A stretch of 64,000 nt of DNA from Vitrella brassicaformis CCMP3155. Lineage: Eukaryota; Protista; Chromerida. A program made the position numbers and the translations under genes. Every line of letters starts with the position of its first letter. Position 1 is the stretch's first letter. This document shows positions 1-12,816 of the stretch, piece after piece. The notes below the pieces were generated by a model. It searched no databases and had not been told where the DNA came from. It worked only from the letters and a program-made list of their open reading frames with translations. The stretch lies in NCBI GenBank assembly GCA_001179505.1, contig CDMY01000266.1:62001-126000 (forward strand). The letters run 5' to 3'.

Positions 1-75
1 CTGGCTGACACAGCACACACACGGCTATATCGTGTGTATGGGTGTGCTGTGTACGTGTTGGTGTGTCGGTGTTAG

Positions 76-3000
76 GGAGGAGAAGCGCGCCAAGGCGATT
101 GAGGAGGGGCAATCTGAGGCTGATCTGGACAAGGAGGGCGACCCCTTTGTCGGCCGCCTGGCCGTGCAGAAGGCCCTCAAACGCTGGGGACTCATCGACG
201 AGACCGAAGAACATGAAGACAATATGGATATGCCCCCCCCTGGTGCCACTTCCCCGGCCACTCATCCATCGGCTGTGGATGAGTCATCGGAGCAGAAGCT
301 GATGATGTCCCTCACCACACACCCACTCGACGACCGTGACTGGATCAGAAGCCACACCCTCGTACAAGACCTCGCAATATCTCTCGGCATCGCACACCAA
401 GACCAGCAACACGAGCAGCAACAGGAGCAGCCATCCACTCCTCCGTCGCCCTCTCCTCCGTCTGTCCACCACCTGCCGTCGATGGAGGCTGCCATGGCTG
501 CCCTGCCGCCCACATGGGACTCTGAAGCCGACCTCGGCAGCACCACCGACATGGTGCCCGAGAGCGACATGGACGATGCAGACGGGGGGAGGGACAGGCG
601 ACTGACGAGAGGCCGGGTGATCGGCCGACGGAGGATGAAGGACAAGAAAAGGCATGTTGCTGCTGCTCTTGGTGATGGTGGCGCTGCTCGTGGCGGTGGT
701 GGTGAGCATGAGCTCGCGAGACGGCTCAACGAGGTGGACCTGACTGAAGCAGACAAAGAAGACGCAACGGACCCTCCATCGTCGCAGAGGCGCAGATCCG
801 ACAGTCGGACAGCCCTTCTCCGTTCCATGTCAGCAAGACGGCACCATGACCATTCCCAACCCACCCAACACCATCACCAAGACAACGCAGATGAGTGGCA
901 ATGGGACGAGTCGGTGCCTGAGGCGACCAAGGAGCAGCCTACAAGCCGCTTCCCCTCTGCGAGGGCGGCCTCTCACGGCTACGAATACGACAGCGCCCTC
1001 TCGTTCGAGCACATCCCGCTGGTGGGCGGTCTGACGCGGACAGGCGACATGGGCAGGGGGGGCCGAGATGGTGTTGGTGACAGGGGTGCGAGGAGACAGC
1101 AGATGAGACTCGATAGCCAAGTGGCAGCGCTGGAACAGGTGCGTGCGGGGGGGTGGACAAAAGACGATTGACGCCTCTCTCTCTCTCTCTCTCTCTGCGT
1201 GTGTTCTGTGTGTTAGGGTGAGGACATCTCCGACGCTCGTCCAGTGCACCCGCCCTCTCATCAGCATCGGCCGGCCATCCCTTCAGCAGTGGACGACTGG
1301 CGCGCCGAGCCGATGGGTGCCCGAGGGCTGGCCTTCGACCTCTCCATGACACCAACCGACAGACACGAGCCGGCCCACACAGAGACACCTGGGTCGGCTG
1401 CTGCTGCCGGGAGGATGCCATCACTGCCGCCAGCTGGTGGTGGTCGCAAGTCGTCTTCTCACTCACGGCGGGTCCGTCAGGACACTTTCCTGGAACATGA
1501 AGACCTCATGAGCAAGGTGACGTCTTCACACGCTCAGACGCACACGCATGCACACATGGGTGTGGGGGCGTCCGTGCCTTCTTCGCTCGTCGTGTCCTGC
1601 AGGCCGAGTTGATGTCTGGGAAGCGGAAGCCGATGCTGCGCCACGCCAAGCAGGGCACTCAGCTGTCGGACCCACCTGACCGCACGCAGTACACCGGTGG
1701 GCGGATGTTCCCACCACACACACTCAACATGCACACCAAGATGTTTTGGTGTGTGTGTTGGTGTGTTGTGTGTCGCGTGTTTGGTGTGGCATGTAGGAAC
1801 GTATGAGAGGGATCTGCGTGGCGGCTACGAGCGCAAGTGGCGGATGGAGCTGGACGAGCTCGACGGATCCAAAGCTCAACACAACCTCAAACAACTCACT
1901 GCCCACAAAGAAGGCACGTGCCATTCCCCTCCCTCCCCCTCCCCCCCATACACACACACACACCCACTTTTGTGTGGTGTGCTGCAATGGACGGTATGGA
2001 TGCAGGTAAGGTCTACTCGAGCGAGTCCGGTGTCCTGCTGCCCCGCCGCAATCACAAGCAGAAGCAGAAGCCCACTCCCGCCTCCCGCCTGTCTGCTTAC
2101 GGCCCCACACCGCCGCCTGTGATTGGCGGCAAGCACGCAGGGGACGCCCTGCTCCTCGACACACCCGATGGGCCAAAGAGACCCGGCGCTATTGTGCCAA
2201 ACTACGACAGTCAGTAACACACAGAGAGGGAGAGGGAGAGGGACGAGGGGGAGAGGGAGAGGGCGGTGTGTAAGTGTGTGTGTGTGTAGGTTATGTGAAG
2301 CGTCTTGAGGACCGATTGTACCGCCCGCTGCCATTCATCGGCATCTACAACCCCAGGCACTTCCCGAGAGGCACCAAGAAAGTCTTTGCACTCGGTTAGC
2401 GAGAGAGATCCAAGACACACACACGTAGATGATGCTCATTCACATAAGCTAGCTTGCCGTGTGTGTGCTGTCTGTCGTTGACTGACATCGATCCCATCCC
2501 CAGGGAAGCGCCAGCCCAACATGCCCAAGATGCGTCCGCCAAAGGACATAGCGCATTTCTTCGGAATTGAGGACCGCAAACGGCTCATTAAGGACCGAAA
2601 GAAGAACATCGACAAAGAAATCACAAAGCTCAGGAGGTGGATCAGGAAACACCCCGACAAAGCAAGGTGCGGTGCGCATGACATATATTCATTGTCAGCT
2701 CCCATCGCATCCAAACACACGAGGTGTGTGTCTGTGTGGCTGCCTGTCCTGTATGTATGCTATGCAGCCGAGCGCACATTCCCGCGACCAAGGAAGAGAT
2801 CCTGCAGCAATACGCGTAAGCACCCGACCACCCACCACCTCAACCCGCCCTTCCACCCCTGTGTGTGTGTGGGCCCGTCCACCAATCCAATCCATTCAGA
2901 GCCGAGCAGACGCACCTGCTGTCGAAGGAGGCGGTCCACAAGGCCAAGCAGCGCGCCCTCCGTCCAGCAGGGGCCGGCCACCAGCTCCCCCGGCCCACGA

Positions 3001-3143
3001 AGCTCAAGGAGTTCTTCAAGCGCAAGGGGCCGCGGCTGGAGGACGACACCAAGGAGAGGGACAGGGACTTCGTCATCAGGCAGCTGGCCAAGCAGCAGGA
3101 GGCCAACCTCAGAGAAACCACGACGAAGCACAAACAGAGGTGA
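76..3143 (+). CDS. Hypothetical low-complexity protein, multi-exon, 5'-partial (begins upstream of the window)
   Basis: Phase-compatible exons 76-1138, 1217-1516, 1603-1694, 1797-1913, 2006-~2210 and later ones ending ...ETTTKHKQR* (stop 3141-3143). Splice sites flank microsatellite-rich introns. No domain recognised. Confidence 0.55.
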
Positions 3144-3487
3144 GGAAGGGATTAAGCCTGAGAGGCTTTGGACGGAGGGAGGGAGAGAGGGCGTGTACAC
3201 TTGTTGGATTATCGGCATGCGGCCAGCAAAGGGGTGGTCTAGGTGAGTGGAGGCAACCACGGCACGGTTGGGTTGGGGAGTTCTGTGAACGTGACGGCAC
3301 TTCGTCGAATGCAATGCCGTGCGTTGGGAACGGACAGGACAGGCCGTCTTGATTCGTTCCAATGTCAGTCAGTCAGTGTGAGGCATATGCGTCCATCCAT
3401 CCAGCAGCTATGCATCGCATCCGTCAGAGCAGTCAGTCAGCCCAGGTGCCCACCCACCCACCCACCCACCCACCCACCCATTCACAC

Positions 3488-3787
3488 NNNNNNNNNNNNN
3501 NNNNNNNNNNNNNNNNNNNNNNNNNNNNNNNNNNNNNNNNNNNNNNNNNNNNNNNNNNNNNNNNNNNNNNNNNNNNNNNNNNNNNNNNNNNNNNNNNNNN
3601 NNNNNNNNNNNNNNNNNNNNNNNNNNNNNNNNNNNNNNNNNNNNNNNNNNNNNNNNNNNNNNNNNNNNNNNNNNNNNNNNNNNNNNNNNNNNNNNNNNNN
3701 NNNNNNNNNNNNNNNNNNNNNNNNNNNNNNNNNNNNNNNNNNNNNNNNNNNNNNNNNNNNNNNNNNNNNNNNNNNNNNNNNNNNNNN
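3488..3787. other. Assembly gap (300 N placeholder)
   Basis: Exactly 300 N. The same (CCCA)n-TTCACAC junction lies on both sides. Confidence 0.98.
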
Positions 3788-4519
3788 CCCACCCACCCAC
3801 CCACCCACCCATTCACACATACACACCACCACCGACCTGCCAATCGCCAGCCGTCTAGCTGTCTTCTCACCTGTCTTCTCCGAGCAAAGGTCTAGCTGTC
3901 GGAGCGCGAGGCGACGGCCCGTGCTGCCTGGCAGCAAGTGGTTGTGTGGTCACTCACCGTTCCCATGGCACCATTCGCCATGTCCGTGTGCGCGGGCACA
4001 CAGTGTCACGCGTTGGTCCACGGCACGAACAAACACGAACAGTCGATCGTGATGTAATGGTAACGAGCTACAGACGATGCTCATGAGCAGCACACGTGAA
4101 TGCAATGGACAGGCATGCAGACTGACAGACAGACAGCCATGTCCAGTCAGATGCGGACGGACATCGACTTTGCATTTGGACAGGATTCGCGTTCTGGCTC
4201 GAAGGAGACGGAAATTGTTTGACCGGAGTCGAGAATTCACGCGAGCAATGTTCCACCGCGCGCAGTTCGACGAAGTTCGAGCACATTTCGTCGAAGTGCG
4301 CATCTCCCGCATCTCTTGTGCAATGGCATCGTTGACGACAACGCCTTCCTTAGAGAGCACTTCACTGGGGTCTTCAGGCTGGCTGGGCGAGGGCTAAGAG
4401 ATTCTCCACCGAGATCACCACCCGCATCAAGTAGAGCATTGACAAGCTGTGGTGCAAGCACGGGATCGTCGGCCTCCTGACCTACGACCGCGACAACACG
4501 CGGCCCAAGCGAGAGGAGG

Positions 4520-4562
4520 ATCCCCACTAGCCAGAGATGACCCACCGGTGGCTAGTGGGGAT
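4520..4562. repeat. Perfect 14-bp inverted repeat with 15-nt spacer
   Basis: atccccactagcca (4520-4533) is the exact reverse complement of tggctagtggggat (4549-4562). Confidence 0.9.
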
Positions 4563-4786
4563 TGGCTTCATTCGTCCTCCTGCTGAGGTAAGCGGTGGCT
4601 GTCAGAGCATTGAGAGAATGGTACGGACAGCCTCTGTCTGTCCGTCTGTCTGTCCGTCTGTCTGCCCGGCTGTGCCGCAGTTTTTCTGTCACCTGCTCGC
4701 GCTTGTGAGGCTACTTTTGTCGAGACGGCATTCAAGGACATGCTCCGAGAGGCGAGCGGGGGTGGGTGATAACCAGGGGCGAGCTG

Positions 4787-4813
4787 TGGGCGGCTAACGG
4801 CGTTAGCCGCCCC
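4787..4813. repeat. 27-bp near-perfect palindrome (13-bp arms, 1-nt centre)
   Basis: tgggcggctaacg-g-cgttagccgccca. Confidence 0.9.
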
Positions 4814-7800
4814 AGCGCGTTGGCAAGGGCAGTGGCTGCGGCTTTCAACTGCCGCTCCTCATCACGGCAGACGACGTGCAGCGGGCGGTGGCTGACAAGG
4901 CGGCCTACCTCAACCGCCCATGGCCATCCGTCTGTTCAGCCTCTTCGTCCACCGACTATACTCCGTCGACCTGACAGTGGGAGGTGGACGGGAGGTGTGG
5001 GAGGACTCATCGTCGCTGACCCTCACCTTCCTGGGCGTCTGGCTCCTCTCGCTCATCATCCTGGTGGTGCTGCTGATCAAGACATGCATCATTCCAGGCG
5101 TCGTATGAGTGTGGACCAGCATGTACAACTGCTGCCACCAGATCCAGAGGCGGGTGGTCCAGGGATGGACGCGGGTGGGTGGCTGATCGGATACGGGGGG
5201 AGAGGGGGAGGACGCACCGTGGTTCGAGCGGCACAGCAACAAAAAAAGTGGACACCAAAACAAGGCAGGCGGCTGGTATGTGATGCATGAGCTCGAGTAA
5301 CTCAACCCTCTATTGCTCTGCAGTGTCTCGTGTCAGACCTGCCATCAACGAGCACGCGCCGAAGAAGAGACAGCGGACGAGGAAGTCGTTGAAGAAGGGT
5401 TGAGGGGGCGGATCTGACGACGAGGGCGAGGACAGTCAGCGAGCGAACAAAGAGGCCAAGCAACTGGCCAACAAAGCTAAGGCGGAGTTCGAGAAAATGC
5501 ATATGTGGTCATGGCCTCTGAGCGTGTACAACCACTACACAAACAAGATCGCCGACAATTTGCACAACATAAGACCATCGACATGAAGAACGAGCTGTTT
5601 ATCACGTGCAAGTGTAGGGGCACGACGCAGATTAACGCAGAGAACCGCGGCCGGCTGTTCGCCCGATTCACATCGCTGAGTGCCTCCGCCAAGACGAAGG
5701 AAAACAAGAAGAAGCACAAGCCGTGGCGCGAGGACAAGCTTTCCGATGCTGCTGCGCGCCATGGATCTCATCCGACAGGTCCTCCGCTTTATCGACTATA
5801 CTTCCATCGTAAAGGAACCTAAGCCGCTGATCGTATACCATACGACACTCCATGACGACTGGGACGCACAGTTGTTTCATCTGCCGGTGGCCTTTCACGA
5901 TTGCCAAAGTGAGATGACCTTCATGACCACGAAGGGTGAGGCACTGCCTCAGAGAGTGGTTCTCAGTCAGGTCGTGGGGGAAGACAGAACATACCCGGTG
6001 TGTCGGTTTCAGTCGATGTCATCTATTCTTGGAATGTCAGCCCGCTCGCATGTCACCGAAAGTCGCTGACTTTGTTGTTTTTCTCTGATATCAGGTTTGC
6101 AATGGAGAGAGGGCCGATGCCCATCAGCGCTGCCCATCCTACACCACAAAAACGACAACCCAGCCGAAGGCCCCATTCCTGAAGCGTCATCAACTATTCG
6201 CCACAGTCAACTATTTTAAACAACACGGTGTGGATGGCGGAATCTCGCAGATCTGCATCTACCTCAAGCAGCGCGGCTATACTCGGACCAACCCGCAGGT
6301 GCTGGTCAACTCGGACAGCAATACCGGCGGCCTGGCGCTGGCGGGGATGCAATGCTACATCGACGGCATCATCATTCACGCTACCGGAAATGCTGGCGCG
6401 AACAACGTGGCCTTCAGCCGCCGGACGACATGCCATTGCACTACGTCCAGGCCGGCTCAAGCGACAATAACACTGTCCTCGACTGCGCTTGTTCCTGCAG
6501 GAGGCGAAGGACCGAGCCAACATAGCCCCGCCCAAGTCAGCTATCACACGATGTTCTTCATTGCGTAAGTGAGGGGGATGGAGTCGTGGCTGGAAAAGAC
6601 TGAATGTCCGGGTGAATGTATGTCGTTTTACGGAGCTGAGCATACTGCAGGTCTTCTGCATCATCAATTACTCGCCTCAGGACACCGCGTGTTTTTGTCA
6701 ACTCACTGGGTAGGCGTCAAGCAATGGGCATTTTCTAAGTTGGCGTGTTTCGATGTCTCGAATGGCTGTGTCCGTTGTGCTGCTCATGCCTTGGTCTGTC
6801 AATCAATCAGGGCCCAACACGACCTGTCGTTCATTGGGTCAACTGTGCGAGTCATGTGCGCTCGAGCACGATGGAACAATGGCAGGGCAGAAAACGTCAA
6901 AAAGGACATCCCGGTGAGAAATGCTTAGAGCGACTCAGACCACACAGCAAAGAGAAGGGCTGAGGGTTGATGAATGTGTGTGAGCAGGATGGCTTCCCAA
7001 GCCTTCTTCACTGAGCTCGACGAGACCGACGCCGCCATACGGGAGAAACTGAAGGTCCTGGAGAAAGTGAGAAACGAGGAGGCCGAGAAATGGTGGCCTC
7101 AACGCAACAACGTGGTGATCAACAATATCGACATCGCCATCAGCAACTACAAGAGAGACCGAGCATTCATCAGGCTCTTAAGTATGCATGCACAGAAGAT
7201 GCGCGTGTATACTGCAAAAGTAGCCATTCTTAGATCCTATGCCTGTAAAACAGAGCGCAAAGCAGAAGAAAACATCCTTATACGCAGGAAAAGTAACAGA
7301 GTTCCAAGTGGATCTCAACACGGTCGGTCACAAAAACCTGCAGCTTGACACGGGCGACCAGGGCTATCAGCGCTTTTTCTTTAAAGCGACCGAACTGACG
7401 TTTCGCGAGCTGTACGTACGTATCGGGCGGTGGGCGGTGGAGCGAATAGCGAAGGAGGGCGCATAGGAAGAAGAAAGAGGGGAGGGACACGAGCACCTTA
7501 CATAGTGTCTTGTGTGTATTCATGTATGTGTGTGTGTCAGGTTACCTATGCCTGTCGCGGAGTGCTCTGTGATAAGCAGCCTTCACCACTGACGGCATGG
7601 CCGAGGCGGGCATCGTCCCCAATCCATGGCCACTGGGACGGGAGAGCAACTACGAGGCCTACAAGAACCTCAGTGTGTGTCAGGCACGAGAGTTCAACTT
7701 CTTCATCAGGGACGGCAAGCGCCGGATTGCGGCCGCACTCAAGGGCAAGCCGACAGTGTAAGTGTCTGTCTAGATCATATTACACACTCTGTCTCATGTC

Positions 7801-9875
7801 ACCATCTGTCTCATGCCATTGCCTGTCTCGCGTGTGTATGTCAGGGCGAGTCGGGTGGATCACAGCCTCCCCCCGAGGCTGAATGAGATCCGTATGATGT
7901 CAAATGCGCAGTTCTTGGCGTCTTCACTCACTCCCCTCGTCGATCCCTACCACGCACCGCTGTTCGACCTGCAAGAGGTCGACGAGCTCGGGGGCGCCCA
8001 GCAAGCCAACCACCCACCAGAAGGAGAGGCACCCGCGGTGGCGGCCGGGGTGTTCCCGGGCCATCACGTCACGGGTCACTACTTACTTTCAGGGAGGGGA
8101 TTGAGTATATGAGTACGCATCACGTTTCGCATACACATCATCAAACGTTACAAATAGACATCCACTATAGCAAGTCTCATTGTCCCATCCTAGTGCTCTG
8201 CCTGTTCATCATCTCTTCTCCCATCGCCGTATCCTTTGTGTCTGATGACTCGTATGACCGACAGAGTGCCAAAACATCTGATTGATGAATGGAAAGTCGT
8301 CTGCACATATCGGCCATACACACGACACGCGCAGACACAGCAACATGCACATCGCATGCATCGCATGAATCGATCTTCGGCTCAAGCACAAGCATTTCAC
8401 ACAGCATCTCAGCACCAAAGGACACAGGGGGAGAAGAGAGAGAAGGGGATCTTGCGGGTGCACATGCAGATCGACCTCTGCGTACCTGTTGGCTGGCCAC
8501 ATCAAGCACTGACACACCCGACAAACCATGCAGACCTGACACACACACAACACACAGGGACACATATACAATGGAAACATCCACCCTGTGGCCATTCACA
8601 TACGCCGGACACACACCTAGTAGCAGTGCAATGACGGGCAGTGTGAGCCTCTTGGATAAGTTGGCGTCCACACGGCCTATCGACTGTATGCGCACACACG
8701 CCACCCACCCTTACTTATCCCATCCATCCATCCATCCATCAATCCATCCATCCATCCATCAATCCATCCCACGCATACTTGTGTGGTGGTGCCCGGCACA
8801 TGGGGGGGACCCCATTCGGTCATGCACACACACACACACACACACACACGCGCGCGCGCACACACACACATTCAAACAGACAGCTGAGTGTCTGCACGAG
8901 TGTGAGTGCACACCTTGTTCATGATGACTATGACGGTTTCCTTGCCGGTCCGGTTGATCACATCCAGCGTGATGGGAAACGGCAGCTCCACCTACACACA
9001 TGCATACGGATGGATCCCCATTCATTCATTCATTCATTCGTCTGTCTGTCTGTGTTGGCTCACCCCGACAGTGTGTGGGCACTCCCTCACTCTCAGCTCT
9101 AGACGCTTCGGCTGGATCGGCTGCATAAGTCACCAACACACACATACACACATGCAAGGAGAGTGCCGGCCGCCTCTGTCCGTGTGTCTGCCTGTGTGGG
9201 ATCGCACCATTCTCTCTATTCTGTATTCGTTGTGCACCCCCCGCTCCCTGGTGGATGTGCGCCACTCGAGCAGCAGACGGCCGATCGACGGCAATGTCTG
9301 CACACAACAAGATCAGATCGTTGTCAGTGCACGCGTGTGTCTGCGTGTGTGTGTGTACCCTTCTCGTCTTCCTGCACTGATTCAGCGCTTGATGTGAACA
9401 CCCTATGCACATGCATATACATTTGCACACGCATCTCCACCGCACACACATGAAGGGATGGACACCAGCGCACCATCCTTGTGTGGCCTCGGCGGTTTCT
9501 CTCTTCAGCTCCTCGTCACTACTCGTCACGCACAGCGGAAAAACACGGACACCTGACACACACAGAGAGAGAGAGCCGCACACACGGATTGTGAGCCAGA
9601 TCTGCAGGTGAGATGCGTCCCCGCATAGATTCGCATCTATATGTCCACCTGGCCTTGGGGCGCCGCCTCTTGGTGCATTGCTTCACCAGCAAGCGACAAC
9701 AGTCCATCTGGGAGCTTACCTTCGACCCGAGCTTAGCTTCGACCCGGCTCGCAGAGGCAGAACGAATTGATTCATCGCACGACTCTGTACCCGCCGTCAC
9801 TGCTTGACTCGCAGCCAGCTGTCACCCTCAAGCACAGATCATCCCTCCCCGTCCCTTCGGTGACGACCAATAGCC

Positions 9876-11703
9876 ATGGTGGTGTGGGTGCTGCTGCTGA
9901 CGTCGATGCTGCTTCCATTCATCTTGCCGTCGGCAACTGGGTTCCTCCTGCCCCGTCCGAGTTCGCAACTGAGAGCACCGGCTGCCCAGAAGGTCACCCG
10001 ACTGAGTCAGGAGCAACAAAGGGAGGCTTACGATTGGGCTCTGCCGCACATCAAGGACATCGTATCGCCTCCCTTCTTCATCGAGGGCACCATTGATGGT
10101 GTTGTGCCGGTCATTAGAGGCAAGACAAGAGACTGGGCCCTCGACTTATCAGAGAATCAGGACATGATGATTCGGAAGCTGTTGAGGGAATACTCGTGGT
10201 CTTACAACTGGAATCTGCTTTCCGAGGAGAGTCTGAAAGCTGCCTATGCGTCCGCCAATCAGTCGCCGGTCGGCTTGCTTGGCGAAGAGCCAGGTGACAG
10301 GGTGGATTTTGAGCATCGCAAGTCGAGGGAATTCGCAACAAGCGATCTGCACATACAGGGAACGGTAGCTCCCTGGACGTCTGAGCAGTACCGAGGTAAT
10401 CTTGAGGAAGGTCTGAGATTCAATGTCACTGACAGAACCAATGGCACATGGACTGCCGTCATCGAGGAAATATGTCAAGAAGTGGCCAATAGGCTTTCGC
10501 CGGGCAGCGAAGTCAAAGCAGAACTATACAAGGTAAACGATTCTCGTTGATGCAGCACTTGCGAGACTTGGTGATTATGATCCACATCTATGTTGTCATC
10601 GCAGATGCTGATTTACAGTGAGGGGGACCATTTTGCAAAGCATGTCGACACGCAGCGCTCGGCAGACATGTTTGCGACGCTCATCGTCTCTCTCCCGACC
10701 GAGTACAAAGGAGGAGCTTTTACACTGTGGAAGGATGGAGAGGCTCATAAAACCAGCGATTCTACTTATCGTCAAACCTGGGTAGCCTTCTTTTCGGATG
10801 TCCCACATAGCGTTGAGACAGTTACTTCGGGTTATCGATGTGTCCTCGTATACAACCTCAGCCGCCGGCAGGTTGGAAGGCGAGAGAAGCGAAGAAGCAA
10901 GATCACAGAGAAATTCGTGGGGTCACTGAAAAAGTGGTTTCAGGAGAAGGACAGAGAGGTATGCAGAGAATCTGATGCGTGCCTTACATGCGTGCGTCAG
11001 GGTGCCTTTTGTTGTATGTGCTTTCAGGCGCTGGCGATTGCGCTCGAATATCAGTACACTCCTTCGAGCATTGGCGTGGAGTATTTGAAGGGCAGGGACC
11101 GATTGCTCTATGACATCTTGGCCGAGCATTTCAACGTCAGTCTTGAGATAGTTCATCAGAACTGGAGGGCCCTACCAGCAGATGATGATTTTGATGATGA
11201 GGACGAAGACTATGATTCCTATGAGGACCCAGACTATGAGTGCCCCGTGTTGTGCGGCATGGATATTGTCGACCCGCGTTATCTCGAGCTGCTCGATGAG
11301 AGCAACGACAAGAAAGCGTGGCGCTGGTTTCTCGCCTTGGAGGATGACGAGTTGTGTTCAGGTCAGCGTGTATTCAATGATTGTCAGCCTGAGATTATAT
11401 TTATCGTGTCGTTCTTCTGTCTTTCGCATTCAACGCAGACTACATTGAGAAGTACGAGACACAAATATGCGCCCAAGGCTTTCAATGAGTCACTACTCGG
11501 ATGCACTTTGGTCTGTCAGGTTTGGCAAGAGGAAGCCGCTCGTTGGATTGAATATTGGTCGTCAAGGCGGCGCCTTTCAGCCCGACGATAGGGAAATCGA
11601 GGGCAGAACGGGGCCCACCTTCGCAAAGAAACCACAGACCATCAAGAGAGAGATGGTGCGATTGGGGAATCAGATGGGGCTAGGTGAGAAAGACATCGAA
11701 TGA
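9876..11703 (+). CDS. 2OG-Fe(II) dioxygenase (prolyl-hydroxylase-like fold) with N-terminal bipartite presequence; 3' end uncertain
   Basis: Exons 9876-10532, 10605-10958, 11028-11361 and further 3' exon(s). Spliced product reads AELYK|MLIYSEGDHFAKHVDT...FATLIVSLPTEYKGGAF...PHSVETVTSGYRCVLVYNL, giving the HxD...H iron triad and the 2OG-binding Arg. Confidence 0.85.
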
Positions 11704-12247
11704 ATTCATCGACAGCTCACATGAGTCACCCTCATTTTGTTTGTGTTTCCGATTTGCAGTCCATTTCCAGTATCTGAGCGTCGCCTTGGTCATCCATGGG
11801 ATTGCATGACACGACATTGCTGGGCGGGGAGTTTATTTTTCAGCCGGCCTATTCTGCGTGCAGGGACGCAATTGCTCGATTACTTGAAGCAGTCATAAGC
11901 AGTCAGTATGTGGAAGCATTACAAAACACACATCACTTAAATCTGCCTGCCATGCCGAGTCACTAGTGTCATCTCTCTTCGTTCATGCACACGTAGCGAC
12001 CGACCTACACTCACTCACCTCACCCAGCCCACCAGATGGCTGTGAATCCCTCCCTCCATCCCTGCCTGCCTGCCTGCCGACGCCCCGAAGAGCAAGCTGG
12101 GTATGATAGAGATGGACATACACATACATGGCAAACGACGCCAAGCATGAACGCAGCTAGCCAGCCATCCGTGGATGACACATCGAATTTCGTCTTTCAG
12201 CTCTCGCCAATCTGGTCATTCATTCATTCAGTCATCCATTCATTCAG

Positions 12248-12783
12248 TCATTCCCATAGTTTGTGCTCGAAGTCCCACTGATCCAGCGCTGCAAAATACA
12301 AAATACGGAACGAGGGAGAGGGTGTCTTCTCTCCTCTCCTCTCTCTGCTGCTCGCGTCCGTGTGTGTGTGTGTGTGTGTCTGACCTCCTCCCCCTTTCCT
12401 CTCTGTGTCCATGAACTGCAGCTCGTGGCCATCGCTGCCAATCACAACCACACCTGGCACACCCGCACGACGCGTCATACCCTCTGCATACACGCAACAC
12501 ACACACACACACACACACACATATCCCATGTCCACAATGCAACAGCCGGTTGGCTCGTTCGTACCGAATTTGTGCGATTCTCGTCTTGCCCATACGCCGT
12601 GTTGCCTCTTGAGTTTGTCGGTGAGGGGGTCGTCGTAATCTATCCGCAGCCAGGGGCCGTGTGACGCCTCCATGTGTGCCGCCTGGGACGCATTGTCGCC
12701 GTCCGAGGACACAAAGATGACCTCTATCTTCTGCCCATCAGTGTTCACCTGTGCAGCACCCATCCATTCAGCAGATGAAGGCC

Positions 12784-12816
<33 letters not shown>

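Larger units (their letters stand above)
4150..8112 (+). pseudogene. Decayed multi-exon coding region(s) of unknown family
   Basis: Protein-like segments broken by stops and frame switches: STEITTRIK*SIDKLWCKHGIVGLLTYDRD (~4410-4520), KSLKKG*GGGSDDEG (~5385-5425), frame jumps at ~5570, ~5740, ~7290 and ~7580. Confidence 0.55.

Noticed and set aside
3449-3817. Apparent direct repeat (CCCA)n-TTCACAC on both sides of the first gap
   Set aside because: Most simply explained by overlapping contig ends at a microsatellite. ORFs spanning the Ns are artefacts.
8113-9870. Several overlapping ORFs with HTHT, CVCV and SIHP runs
   Set aside because: These are translations of (CA)n, (GT)n and (CATC)n microsatellites with no coherent exon chain.
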